This document shows, one piece after another, positions 14,067 to 26,610 of a stretch of DNA of 64,000 nt. The stretch is taken from contig OZ024743.1 of NCBI GenBank assembly GCA_964016885.1, positions 58,838,001-58,902,000 on the forward strand. Direction: 5' to 3'. Source of the stretch: Eledone cirrhosa. Lineage: Eukaryota. The translations under genes were made by a program, and so were the position numbers. Numbering within the stretch: position 1 is the stretch's first letter; each line of letters opens with the position of its first letter. The notes beneath the pieces were generated by a model. That model did not search any database. It worked only from the letters and a program-made list of their open reading frames with translations, and had not been told where the DNA came from.

Positions 14067-14127
14067 ATTTTATCTGATGAAAGTGTACCAATGTTTCTTG
14101 GTACCCTTGAAATATATATAATAGAAT
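14067..14127 (+). ncRNA. Minimal type I hammerhead ribozyme (inverted copy of 12328-12388)
   Basis: ATTTTAT-CTGATGA-AAGTGTACCAA...TTGGTACCCTT-GAAA-TATATATA-ATAGAAT. Confidence 0.75.
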
Positions 14128-14157
14128 TAATATAGTTTCCCTTTATTTAATATCATC

Positions 14158-14301
<144 letters not shown>

Positions 14302-14755
14302 TTATATATATATATATGAGAAGAACCACAGACCCTCCATCTCAACTCACCTTTTGAAAAGCAGAAGAACTGCGAAACCGGTAAAGGAACCAAATAAATA
14401 TATATATTTAAAAAAAAAATAAGACTTCAGTTGCATTTTCGATTTCATCTCTTTTTCTTTATACTTTCATTCGTGTAGGACACCTCGGTTATTTTTCATT
14501 TTGTAAAAAAAACCTCACTTTCTAATATAGATATATATATTTATATATATATATATATATATTATTTGATGAAAGTGTACCAATGTATATTGGTACACTT
14601 GAAATATATATAATAGAATAAATATGGTTTTATGGATATAGTTTCCATTTATTTAATATCATCGAATATTTACTCCAGTAAACCTTTGAAAGCTCTAAAT
14701 TAGTTATAAACATTTATATTTTCAGACTTCCATCAAATTAAATAGACCTTCTACT

Positions 14756-14789
<34 letters not shown>

Positions 14790-14821
14790 TATATAAATAT
14801 ATAAATAAATATATATAAATG

Positions 14822-14855
<34 letters not shown>

Positions 14856-14950
14856 AATAAATATATATATATATAAATAAATAAATATAGATATATATAT
14901 AAAATAGAACAGCTTTCACCGTATTTTGAATAAAAAATGTTAGTCTGAAA

Positions 14951-15022
14951 TTATCCAGACCACTGTGCTACCATTACACCAACACATGTGTTGGTGTAAT
15001 GGTAGCACAGTGGTCTGGATAA
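14951..15022. repeat. Perfect 72-bp palindrome overlapping a tRNA-like (A/B box) SINE head
   Basis: ttatccagaccactgtgctaccattacaccaacaca|tgtgttggtgtaatggtagcacagtggtctggataa, followed by ggttcgactccc. Confidence 0.9.
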
Positions 15023-15190
15023 CCAAAGATGTCGGTTCGACTCCCATGTTCGTCAATACTCATCTTTTTCCATTCATCTGAGGGTTCTAAACCCCAATAT
15101 CAGTCTAAAATTTCTTTAGTCAAAATACGGTGAAAGCTATTCTATTTTCTAATTTCAAACCTGCTCACTGTTTCAAAACATACTTACTTG

Positions 15191-15229
<39 letters not shown>

Positions 15230-15246
15230 TATATATATATATATAT

Positions 15247-15500
15247 CACACTGACCGACCAGTCTGTCGGGCGCCAGTCGGCGCCGCTGGTCACAGCAGG
15301 TCGTGCTGTTTTAGCCATAAGATAACACCATCACACTGGCTGGGCGGACAGGCTGGTACTCATTTCTACAGCTGAGTAAACTGGAGCAATGTGAAATAAA
15401 GTGTCTTGCTCAAGGAAAAAACACATCACCCGGTCCGAGAATTGAACTCACAACCTTTCGATTGCAAGCCCTATGCTCTAACCACTAAGCCATGCGCCTT

Positions 15501-15503
<3 letters not shown>
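15247..15503 (-). mobile_element. Second tRNA-derived SINE family
   Basis: Minus strand begins gaaggcgcatggcttagtggttagagc...gtgagttcaattc (A/B boxes), followed by ccttgagcaagacact core; a decayed copy lies near 17460-17590. Confidence 0.8.
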
Positions 15504-15539
<36 letters not shown>

Positions 15540-15598
15540 GTAGAGGTTGCATTTTTCAGGGTATGTCAATAATTATTTATAAAACTAATCTATATTAT

Positions 15599-15662
15599 AT
15601 TTTATCTGATGAAAGCGCACCAAAATCTACCTTGGTGGCCCTTGAAATATGTATAATGAACT
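15599..15662 (+). ncRNA. Minimal hammerhead ribozyme variant
   Basis: CTGATGA-AAGCGCACCAA...TTGGTGGCCCTT-GAAA-TATGTATA; stem II differs from the 14067 copy at paired positions. Confidence 0.6.
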
Positions 15663-15915
15663 AAATATGGTTTTATAAATATAGTTTCCATTTGTTAATA
15701 TTTTGTATATATATATATATATGTATGTATGTATGCATGCATGCATATTATATATATATATGACATATACACATATATCTGCAATTTTATTTCTCACTCG
15801 AAGAATCTAATACCATGAAATTAGTCACAGTAACAGTAGACAGACACACAGACACACAATGGTGTTAAATATAAATTTAAGTTTGTTTTATACATTTAAG
15901 AAACTGACCACTTAC

Positions 15916-16042
15916 CACCACACTTGTACATAAGGTTAACAATTTTGAGATCGTAGAAACTGGGATTCGTCATTTTCCCAATTATATGCTGGAACGCCGG
16001 ATCTTTAGTTTCAACAACATTTTCACCATTACGTGAGAACAT
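15916..16042 (-). CDS. Astacin-like gene, end of catalytic domain (MFSRNGENVVETKDPAFQHIIGKMTNPSFYDLKIVNLMYKCG)
   Basis: FSRNG...IG....SFYD...N.MY.C is the astacin C-terminal pattern; ttttag acceptor and gtaagt donor; phase 0 to 1. Confidence 0.92.
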
Positions 16043-18443
16043 CTAAAATATATATTATAAACTCTGTATATTTTCATCAGCATATATAATGTGTTTCGTC
16101 TAGGCCCTGCTGACAAACTGAAAAGGCATGTTTGTTGGGTATCATTCAATATTTGTAATACAATGGACTATAACTGTGTAGCTTTGTTTTGAAAATAAAT
16201 ATAAATGGCTGAGCATTCAACGGTCACGTGTACCCTTAAAGTAATTGTCGGTGAGATTTTATGCGATAGGGTGAGACGTGTTTGCGCTTGAACTACAGGA
16301 ACATTATTGCGATCGGCTTCCAAATAGTTTCCATCTATCTAATATCACTTGCAAGTCATGGGTCAAACTAAGACTATTGTAAATGACATTTGGTCAAGTT
16401 TCTATCTAGTGGGATCGAATGCGAGACCTATTGATTGCGACGTGAATCCCTTAATAATTCATTAATTTTACTCTCACTGTAATGCAGTAGGTGTGTGTTC
16501 ATTGACGCTTCATCTTCCCAAAGATTGCACAGATTTACAGCTATGAGTACGGGCCGTAACATAACGATGTATCAACACCTAGTAACTATATACAGATTTA
16601 TAGGTGACTGATTCAAAGAAAGCTTAGCGACTTGATTTCTGTGTTTGTATCATTACAGGATTTTTGGTTTCAAAGCTAGTAACATACACACTCTAAAAAC
16701 GTATAACTCGAAGAAGCCTACAGTTTGTATGTGTATTACATGAGAAGCTATAGCTACTTTTGAAGAGGTCAGTGAATTCTATAGATCAGGGGACCATTTA
16801 GACATATTCACATTCGATATTAATATTTAGTTGAATCCCACAATTGTTTATTCTTATAGAAGTCCCTACTAACAGAACTGCATGTAACCAACGATGCAGT
16901 TGACCAATTATTTTGTTGAGTTACAAAACAAAACAAAAAAAAAAAATCTGAAATCTGAAATCTTGAAATCAGACGACAATTGGCAAAATAATTCAATGAA
17001 TTAAGATTATATTCACGAGGGAAAGAGCAAAAGGGTGAATTCATAAGACAGACATTCGCGGAAATAAATTACTAAAGTCAAAACTCTTCTCACATGGCAG
17101 AATTGGTGAAAGGATGAACATTAGAAGAAAGAAGAGCTACTGAATTAGCAAAGGAAATACTTTATGCGAAAAGGAAATACTTTAAAGGAAATACTTTACG
17201 GGAAAACAAATATAAAAATATTTATAGAAAAAAGATGAAGTAATGAGAGAGTTGTTGACGTTTATCTGCTAAAACAGAACCCCTTGTTATTGTTACACGG
17301 AGCTTTTATTGAGTCGACAGGTGTTCCAACTGTCCTGAACCAAAACAATGCCTTCATGTAAAATTGACGTGCAAGTTTCTGCGTACTCTATAGTCAAGTG
17401 GTTTTGGGTGACATTCGGGTGCAGTGTGTCTCAAGTTTAAGAAATATAGGTATAATTTCTATTTTCTAGCTGAATGGATAGGAGCAACGTAACATAAAGT
17501 GTTCGGCTCCAGGACACAATACGCCGTCGGGAACTGAGCTTACACTTATTGTCATAAGCTAAACACCGAAAACACAAAAGCAAATGCATTGACAATTATC
17601 AGTTGTAAGGAGGAGACAACAGCACAAAAAAGAAACAAAATAAAACATGTAAATTTAACTATTTCTATAGAATGGACTTGAAAAAAGTTTACTGTAAACA
17701 AACGCTTCATTTTATTGAATATAATTTAGAAAGACATCTTATGCAATATTACCATATGGGCATTACTTTTTTCCTATTTACTGACAAATTGAATATTTTT
17801 TATAATCTGACCATTCACTGAAATACTAAATTCGAAAATATTTTAGAAAGAGCGTCTGTTCAATACCATTATTTCACCTATTTATTCTATCGAAAGATTG
17901 CTCAATATTGGTCAAGTGATCTTCATGTAGCAGGCCGTTCGTTTTGCTTTTACCTAGCGAGGGTATAAAGGAATTTGATAACATAATTTTAAATATAATT
18001 GTTTCTTTTATCGTTACACAAATCTCCCAAATGGAGATACAAAATGTAGTGTGATGATCATGGCCTTCCAGTGCGTTATCTGTTTTCTAGCAATACCCTA
18101 AATCCGATATAACTTTCACCTTATAGGATACTTTCTAGTACCAGAATGGGGTTTGATAATGTAGCGGGCATATTTTATAAAATGTTTAAAAGGTTAAAAG
18201 ACAGAAACGGGGATGTCAAAATTCAATCGAATCTGCAATGTGATCCCGCAAGTTACCAAGGCATTCCCTTAAATCATATGCTACATGCCATAAACATGCA
18301 CAAAAATAACCTTAATAAAATTTGAACAAAATATTATAAATGGCGTAATTATTTAAAATCGTGTTATGTAATTTTATTTGCTATAATTGAATTTTGAAAT
18401 ATAAATGAATACATGCAGACATGGTTTACATAAATCTACTTAC

Positions 18444-18647
18444 CGTGGATGAATAATGCATGATACTATAGTAGTCATACGGCGTATTGAATGTTTCTAC
18501 CTGACGATTCGTCAATTTATTGAAATCCGATATGAAGTTGGGAATGATATTGTCTATAATTACTCGTATATAATTATCCCTATCTGGACGTACATGCTGT
18601 TTCACTAACCCTATAACATGGCCAAGTTCGTGTAGTATTGAATTCAT
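18444..18647 (-). CDS. Astacin-like gene, zinc-binding and Met-turn exon (MNSILHELGHVIGLVKQHVRPDRDNYI...PYDYYSIMHYSST)
   Basis: HExxHxxG, RPDRD and YDY.SIMHY motifs; cag acceptor and gtaagt donor; 204 nt, phase 0 to 0. Confidence 0.95.
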
Positions 18648-19271
18648 CTGTGAAATAGAGATCAAACAACAAAAAACAGAAATTTAAACACAAATTAACC
18701 TTTATGTTTGTATTAAATATAAACATAATTCTCAAAGTCAATTGAAAAATCCTGAAAACGTTTGAATATATACAATTGTGTTCAAAAGATTATCTGGTGA
18801 TCTTTGAACTATACTGGTTACATAACTACATATTAATCTTGTAAATAGGTTACTTTGAGGATGCGAGCTACACAAGTTATCCGATTGTTGTTGTGATCCA
18901 CATTATATCGAGTGTTCTCTTCACAATGCAATGACAGATCTGGCCATACAAATAAAAATTACCAATCTATGATCGAATAGGCATGTATATTACTTAGTAA
19001 TCGGACTAATTAATTGTGGAATATTTTGTAACAAGATTTGATAGCTTCCTTGCAAGTATTTAATTATTAGCAATAAAATATATACGACTGAAAGTTTGGA
19101 AATATCCTAAAATAATCTTAATTATATGAACATTCTAAGGTATCTCTGGTAACATAGCGTCGGAAAACGTGTCCAAAGTCTGAAGAATTTCTGTTAAACT
19201 TCATATTTCGAAACAAAAAAAACTATATATAGAATTAGTAAAAATGGAATGTTAACGCTCCAGAATAATAA

Positions 19272-19537
19272 TTGTTTCTACTTTTGGCACAAAGCCAGCA
19301 AATACCCAGTACATTACTGGTACTTTATTTTATCGACCACGTAAATAATAATTGTTTCTACGTTAGGCACAAGGACAGCAATTCACCAGTGTATTACTGG
19401 TACTTTATTTTATCGACCCCGTAAGGATGAAAGGCAAAGTCAACCTCGGCGGGACTTGAACTCAGATCGTAAAGGGACGTAACTCTGCTGGAAAGCATGG
19501 CGTCCGACCCTCTACCGATACTGCCAATCCACCGCCT
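19272..19537 (-). mobile_element. SINE: truncated copy plus full copy in tandem
   Basis: Same family core. An opposite-strand diverged copy follows at about 19672-19880. Confidence 0.85.
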
Positions 19538-22118
19538 TATAATAATGACATACTGTGTTTGTTCATGAAGAAGCTGCTGAACAGCAACAAAATTAGATAC
19601 CATAATAAATTTTTTTTCAGTTATGAGTAAATGTAGCTTAATTATACATGGTATTATTATATTACGTTATAAGGGCGGTGGATTGGCAAAATAGTTAGAG
19701 CGTCGGACAACTTGCTTTGCGGCATATAGTTACGTTTTGAGTTCAAATCCTGCCGCAGTTTACTTTGCCTTTCACCATTAAGGTGTCGTCAAAATAAAGC
19801 ACGAGAAATACACTGAGGTCGATTAAATCGATTTTCCCTACCCCTTAAATGTGTTGGCTTTTTGTCTAAATCAGAAACCATTATTATGTTACGTTGTATC
19901 CCAATGTATGTATTCATTGCTTTCGAAATTTGATTAAGACCTTTTAATAGGGTGAAATTGTTGTAATTAAGTAGTTTTAGCAAATCTGTTTGGCTTGAGT
20001 GCGTGGTGGTTAGAATGTATTATATAAAACATCCTCATACCAGTAAAATACAAATAAACACAATGTTTATTTGTATTTAATCCCAATTATTCAGGAGTGA
20101 AAGTATTAAAAAATGATTAAATGATAAATCATAAAATAGATAGAAAGTGGGAACATAGACTGTGTGGGTATGTGTGTATATATGTTTTTATGTGTGAGAA
20201 GGGGTAAATAATGAAAAAATAAAGGAACAGAGGAGAGAGAGACGAAATTCTACATCCTTGTCAGGGCGTTATATATCAATTACATCCCGCAGACAAGATA
20301 GCAAAAATATTGGTTTCTGATTAAATAACAAGGGCAACAATATAAATCGATAAAATCGACCCAAGTGCATTACAGGTACTTTATATTAACCACCCCATTA
20401 AATATGGAAAGCTAAGATAACCTCGACAGGATTTAAAGCGGAATAAATCTATGCCATAAAACATGTTGCCCGGCGCTCTACCGATATTGCCAATCCACCG
20501 CCTTCATATAGCCAAAAATATTGCCTTTGAAAATAGTCAGAAAAACCAATAGCATTAGTTATTTCGTCTCGCAGGGCTCCTTCCTCGGGCAGAATGTGCA
20601 CCTCACGATTCTGAGGAGGAATATGGCAGTCTGGAGACCCTACCTGTGCAATATATATTAATACACCTATGTTGCATAGCTATGATGACGAATGTCTAAA
20701 TTAGTATATTCTACTGACGTTAGAATGTTGATAACGGACATATATGTCTGAGGAAAATTAGTGATATCTAATTACAAAAATATAGATGCACTGTACTTAC
20801 TACATTCATATATTTTGTAGTATTTTTCCAAAAGCATTCAATATTTTAACACAAAATATAATAGTTTAGAAAAATTCTATTAATACTGATAGTTATACTC
20901 ATATAACACATTGTTTATTTTCTCTTGGATATTATGTTTCTGCCCAGTACAGTCTAATACGAAGGAGAAGTACCAAGAAAGAAAATAGAACTGATATAAA
21001 ACACATATATATGCATCTATTAGTGTATCTATATGTAACACGTTTGTTGGATAACATTCGGTTCCAACGCCAAGTCATCTAGTAATTGAAAAAATGGACA
21101 GCCTGTTTGTGAAATTAATGTGCGAGTAATTAGAAACTCCATCGACATGTGCAAAAAACATATTTCTCAGGTAGATTCACGTGACATTGTGTTACAAGGC
21201 AACCACTTAGAATCTCACGTAAAATTCATTTGCGGGGGAAGAAGCAACACTCCTGTATGTAGTGACAGATTGATAATACAATTCGCTCGACTGAGATGTT
21301 CTATAAGCAAAAATAATTTTCTGGATTCGACCATCCGTCAAATTACTGGCAATAGATAATTTCTCGAATGTAAATTCTGACACAAGAAGAAAAGGTAAAG
21401 GGCTGCTAATTGTTGGGGCAATAATAGGGGTGGCGTCATGAATTACATCGTGTCTTGATTATTTTAAACATTTAGGAGCGTATCCCATGACAGGTCAGAG
21501 CACAGCCGATTTTTTCCAGGTAGAGAGTCAGCAAAAAACGAAGAACCGACCCAGTCCTTGACTGGTAATATTTTCATCGACGCCAAAATGACGAAAGGCA
21601 AACATGTCCTCGGTGAGATATTAACTCAGATCGCATAAGCCGGAACAAATACCGATACCCTAATGGTTTTACACATTCGCCGCCATTTAAATGGTTTTCT
21701 CTATTGTTATTGTAATAAACTTAACATCATTCCATTTCACGTTAAAATCCATCCATAAGACATTTTAAACTTTCAAAACTGTTTTTTTTTTTGTTTCATG
21801 TAATGTCTTTTAATTTGAAAAAAATAAAGAATAATATGTGCATCTATGTGCATTTCGTTTTGTAAAGTAGTCACATGGGTGGAAAAGCAAATTTAAATTT
21901 GATGGATACAAACACAGTGTGCTCTAAGCCGAAAAACACACAGTAAAACGTATTGTTTAACGTTTTAACGATACCATTAATTTTTCGCTTCATATACAAG
22001 TTAGTGAGTCAAATAATAGTATTTTTGATTAACAATATTTAAATTGATATATAATATTTGGTTTGATGGGTTAAATATTTGCTTATAAATCAATTAATTG
22101 TGAAATATTTTCGTTTAC

Positions 22119-22185
22119 CGAATGACAACAAGGTGCGATATTAAGAGATTGTGACCCTTTGCACATACCAATCCCTGCATGGGAC
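22119..22185 (-). CDS. Astacin-like gene, catalytic-domain exon (LSHAGIGMCKGSQSLNIAPCCHS)
   Basis: Aligns to the astacin xCxSxVG..GG.Q.L.L..GC segment; polypyrimidine tract plus cag acceptor, gtaaac donor; phase 2 to 0. Confidence 0.85.
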
Positions 22186-22674
22186 CTGAGGAAAGGAAGA
22201 AAAGAGAAAGAATATATTTTATAAATATATATAAATAAAGGAAAAAGGTGGGAGAAACCTGGTTCATGGCTGTCTCATCGGAGCTTGCGATTCTTAGTCA
22301 AACGTGACTGAAGAGACGTTGTCTGCTCTGGGGATCGCGGATGATGCGTTTAGGAGGCTCCTGTGCCGTCGGATGATGCTGTCGACGCTAGAGATGCTAG
22401 AGTGAGTGCTGGCGGGTTCTGGCGTGTCAGTTCGAGCGCGGTATGGGGGTCTCTGGGCTTGACCGCGCGTCCCCCCACCGTGGGTGCCTATCATCTAATC
22501 CCCTTTCTTCTGTATGAACCCTTGCTGGGTCCGAGGGATGATTGCCTCAGTTTTTTTTTTTGACGCGTTAGGGCTTAGAAAGTCTCTTCCTATTTTTTTC
22601 TAAATTTCGTATTAATTATAATTAATTATATATATATATATATACATACATACACGCACACACACACACACACG

Positions 22675-22730
<56 letters not shown>

Positions 22731-22823
22731 CATATATGTGTGTGTCCGTGTATGTATGTATATATATATTTATAAAATATATTCTTTATACATATATATA
22801 TATATATATATACATATATATTC

Positions 22824-22884
<61 letters not shown>

Positions 22885-22885
22885 G

Positions 22886-22916
<31 letters not shown>

Positions 22917-22989
22917 ATATAGAGAGAGAGAGGAGATGAAATTGTAAATAGCACTGAAAATATATTTAAGGGTCTGTTTTTCTTTTCTT

Positions 22990-24103
22990 TTTTCATTTCT
23001 TTTGATTCGTCAAAGTGGTATTATTGAAAAAATTATAATAATGTATATAAAGTATATAGAATATTACTGCTTCGGTATATGAACGCGCTCGCTGGAGTAG
23101 TTTCCATTTGATCGTGAAAGGGGTGTAGTTCTTCTTGAGGTCCCAGATATAGGAGAAGGGTGTTGTCTGATTGGATTTGTCCGGTCTCCTGAACGAGTTG
23201 GTATGGGCATACCACCGAGTCTTAAAATTGTTGGAAGTCATTCCGATATATGTCTTTTTGTTGTCACCAATGCCAAAGACAACATCACATTTATACACCA
23301 TGTAGTTCTTCAGGCATTTGTTTTCAGGTGAACAAGCTTCCATAATTTGGCAGTTGCACAATGCTCCCGTCCAGGGATGGGTTTCGGAGGTAGTAGGCGT
23401 ATTTAATTAGCAGTGTTGAGATCGGCTATATTCCTAGATATGTTAGGTGTTGTGGAGTAGGGGAGTCTTATTTTATTCTTTTTACAGATAGTGTAGTACC
23501 TATGTTGTGTGGGGAAGTGATTGTTCACCAATTTGAAGAAAGTCCTAGATATTAGTGTAGAAACCTCTCGGTTTAAGGGGAGAGGGGTAGTACGAATTAA
23601 TCTGTCTATGCCTATTTCTCCTAGGTTGTCTTGTGTTGGCTTCTAGATTAGTAAACATGTTTTATAGCCACTGCGGGCAAGGACGTCGTTGTAGTAAAGT
23701 GCAGAGGATCTAAAGAAATCTTCATTGGCCGAGAGACCGGAAATTCTGAGTGAAACGCTTTAAACTAAATTATCTGCGATATAGTCGGGGTGGTTAGATC
23801 GAACATCTAGGTATCTAAGGGATTTGTTAGGTTTGTGGTACGAGTAATAGAAGGAAGTATCTAAATAAGTGACATCTAAAATATTGGCCCTAGTCATATT
23901 TGATTGTATAGTTATTCAAAATTCTAGATTACGGAAGAACGATCATATGGTTTTTCCGAAACCCATATGGGTTTTACAATATGCAAAAAAGGCCATCATC
24001 TTGGTATAATCCTCCAGTCAGGCTTGTGAAGAGTTGGTGATGTAAGGTGTACAGGTCCACCAGGTCGCTAACTTCGGCCGAGTCATTTGCTCTCATACTG
24101 ACG
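22990..24103 (-). mobile_element. Degenerate Penelope-like element (RT C-terminal part plus GIY-YIG)
   Basis: ANDSAEVSDLVDLY...GLYQDDGL (RT motifs) and CNCQ...C...MVYKC...TYIGMTSNNFKTRWYAHTNSFR; many stops; starts next to (TA)n. Confidence 0.85.
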
Positions 24104-24169
<66 letters not shown>

Positions 24170-25212
24170 TTGGATAGGGTCATATTGCTGTAATAATATT
24201 GCCAGAAATAATAACAGAACACACTCACAGCTTCGTTTTCACTTCTGTATCTGTTATATCTCCATAGTGAAAACCAGCCAGGCAGTAAATGTGTTCGAGT
24301 TTATGTACGGATGTGTGTATCATCAGAGCCACGTACTCCCATGATGAACGCCAACCAGCGTGAAACAGACGGTCAGCTTCTGCCCCTTCTTTCGCCGAAA
24401 TGAAGTAAGTGACATAGTCACTATTTTAAAACTGATAGCGTATGGTCTTCTAAATGTGTTTAATCAAACAACTGGTATATTGCCAAATATACTATACATA
24501 CATTCATGTATACATCGCTATTTCAGAGCATCAATCATAATACCTAGTTTTTGCTGGACCGACAATCGCCCTGTATAATCAGCTCCTGAATATTACTGGA
24601 ATTCTATAAAAATCGAGCTTCTATAATTGTCGGTGGAAGAGGGGAATAGGTGGCTCTGATGAACACGAACCAGCGTGAAACAGACTGTCAGCTTCTCTCC
24701 TTTCTTTCGCCAATAAGAAGTAAGTGACATAGTCACTACTTTAAAACTGATAGCGTATGGTCTTCTAAATATGTTTAAATAAACATACTGTGTGTGTGTG
24801 TGTATATAAATATATATTTTGTTATATGTTTGAAAGGGTTTGATGTATTTGTGTTAATATCATGCCACGAGAGTAGAAACCTACTACAACTTCCATCTCA
24901 ACAAAAGCATTGTCTCACACTGTGGCTATATTAACAAAGGCTTCTCTTCCACTAAATTGTTACACACTATTTTCACCTATACCAAGCGGATATATCTCCC
25001 AGTTTTCATTTTGGCCCACGTCATGAACATCACGCCGGGTCCTCGTGTTTAGGACGGTACCCAATCGTTTTTACGTAAAACATGAAACAGTGAACTTCTC
25101 TTTCAGCCCAGATCAACCGCATCTAAGGGCCTGCATATTTCATGAACACTGTCTATGCATCTTAATTAAACCCAAAACAAGTATAAATATAAAAAAAAAA
25201 TAGTTAGCTTAC

Positions 25213-25339
25213 AATTTTCCGGAATATGTAATATTAACGAAGTTCCTGTCATGTGAGTCTCTTGGACGAAACATTACACAGCTGTCTCTTTCCCATAAGC
25301 GCATGCCCTTTAACATGTCCTGCTTGAAGTTTTGTGGAA
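25213..25339 (-). CDS. Astacin-like gene, catalytic-domain exon (VPQNFKQDMLKGMRLWERDSCVMFRPRDSHDRNFVNITYSGK)
   Basis: Matches the astacin M..WE..xC..F.PR segment; ttttcag acceptor and gtaagc donor; phase 1 to 2. Confidence 0.9.
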
Positions 25340-25449
25340 CTGAAAATGATAATATAAACAGTAACAATTAAGTATCAATATATATTAGATCATTAGGTAG
25401 CAACGTCGATCAGGGAACAGCAATATATATATATATATATATATATATG

Positions 25450-26610
25450 TGTATATGAATAGGAGAGCAGTGAAGATCCTTGCTGGCACTTCCATAACCA
25501 GCCGAAGTGGAAGACTACTGAGGGGCATCCTGATGGAGGCGAAATTGGTGGCAACCAGCCTAAGATTTAGGAAGAATCCGGAGATGTGGTCTTACATCTC
25601 TGATATGCACCTGTCTAAGTCCCAGATCGATTTAATTCTGGTGACGAAAAAGTGGCGGAATAGTGTTCTGAACACAGAACCTTACAATTATTTCAGTACA
25701 CTGGGCAGTGGCCACGAGTTTGTTATGAGTGAGGTCTGGGTGAGCTTAAGAAAGAGTAAGGCTCATCACCGGAGAGCAATCTATGATTGGGGAGTTTTAA
25801 GGGGAGGTACACAGTAGGAGTGAGGAACAGGTCCAATGCTCTGCGTGGAGAGGCAGAGGAGAGGCAGAGGAGAGAGAGAGATTGGATGGACTGAGGAGAG
25901 TGTAATGAGGAGATACTGGCACTTTACCATTACAGTGGCAGAAGTTAGTGTGACCCTGGTGCCGAGGAGTGAGAAGAAGAGGAAACGCGTCAGTTCTGCA
26001 GACCCAAAAGTGTGTGCGGCCAGGAACACCTGATAACTGCCAAGGACGTATTCTATGCTGATCCTACGGAGGAGTAGAAGGAGAATATGGAGGTGATGAG
26101 GGCAAAACTCAGGACCGCTTACACTGAGGCCAGAGAGGAGGTGCTGATAGAGAAGATCAGAAGTGTCGAGAGAGCAGTTGACAGGACTAGGTGTAAAAGA
26201 GCTGGACGATCGTCAACGACATCACAGGGAGGAAGTGAGGGGCTTCGAGTCAGATCCAAGGAACAGGGCCCGATGTTAGGAAGAGGATTTTAGGACCATA
26301 CTATCAGAATCGCCCTCCACAGCCCAGAACACTGGGGATATCAGGCAGCTGTTTGAGGAACTGGATATTGAGACCTTTTTATTATCGCAGTGGACTATTG
26401 TGTGCGCCTTACGCTGGAGAAACACCAGGACTCTGGCTTTACTTTAATACTGGCTCAGAGCAGGAGAGAAGGAGAGTTAAGGCGAGCTTGACATATATTG
26501 ATCCCCTAAGGACAAACACATGTCTCTTGGAGACGCAGGACATGGCAACAATGATGAGGGACAGAGACGGCTGGAGAGAACTCGTCCATGGATCTCGAGA
26601 ATTTTACCTG
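25450..26610 (+). mobile_element. Degenerate, internally deleted RTE-like LINE
   Basis: End of an AP endonuclease (SQIDLILVTKKWRNSVLN...LGSGH) and the C-terminal M.DRDGWRELV motif. Confidence 0.65.

Noticed and set aside
14987-15060. tRNA gene
   Set aside because: A and B boxes are present but I cannot form an acceptor stem or full cloverleaf; more likely a SINE head.
24341-24780. Short direct repeats (also at 50485-50690 and 51140-51660)
   Set aside because: They look like ordinary local duplications or repeat-element ends with no further structure I can support.
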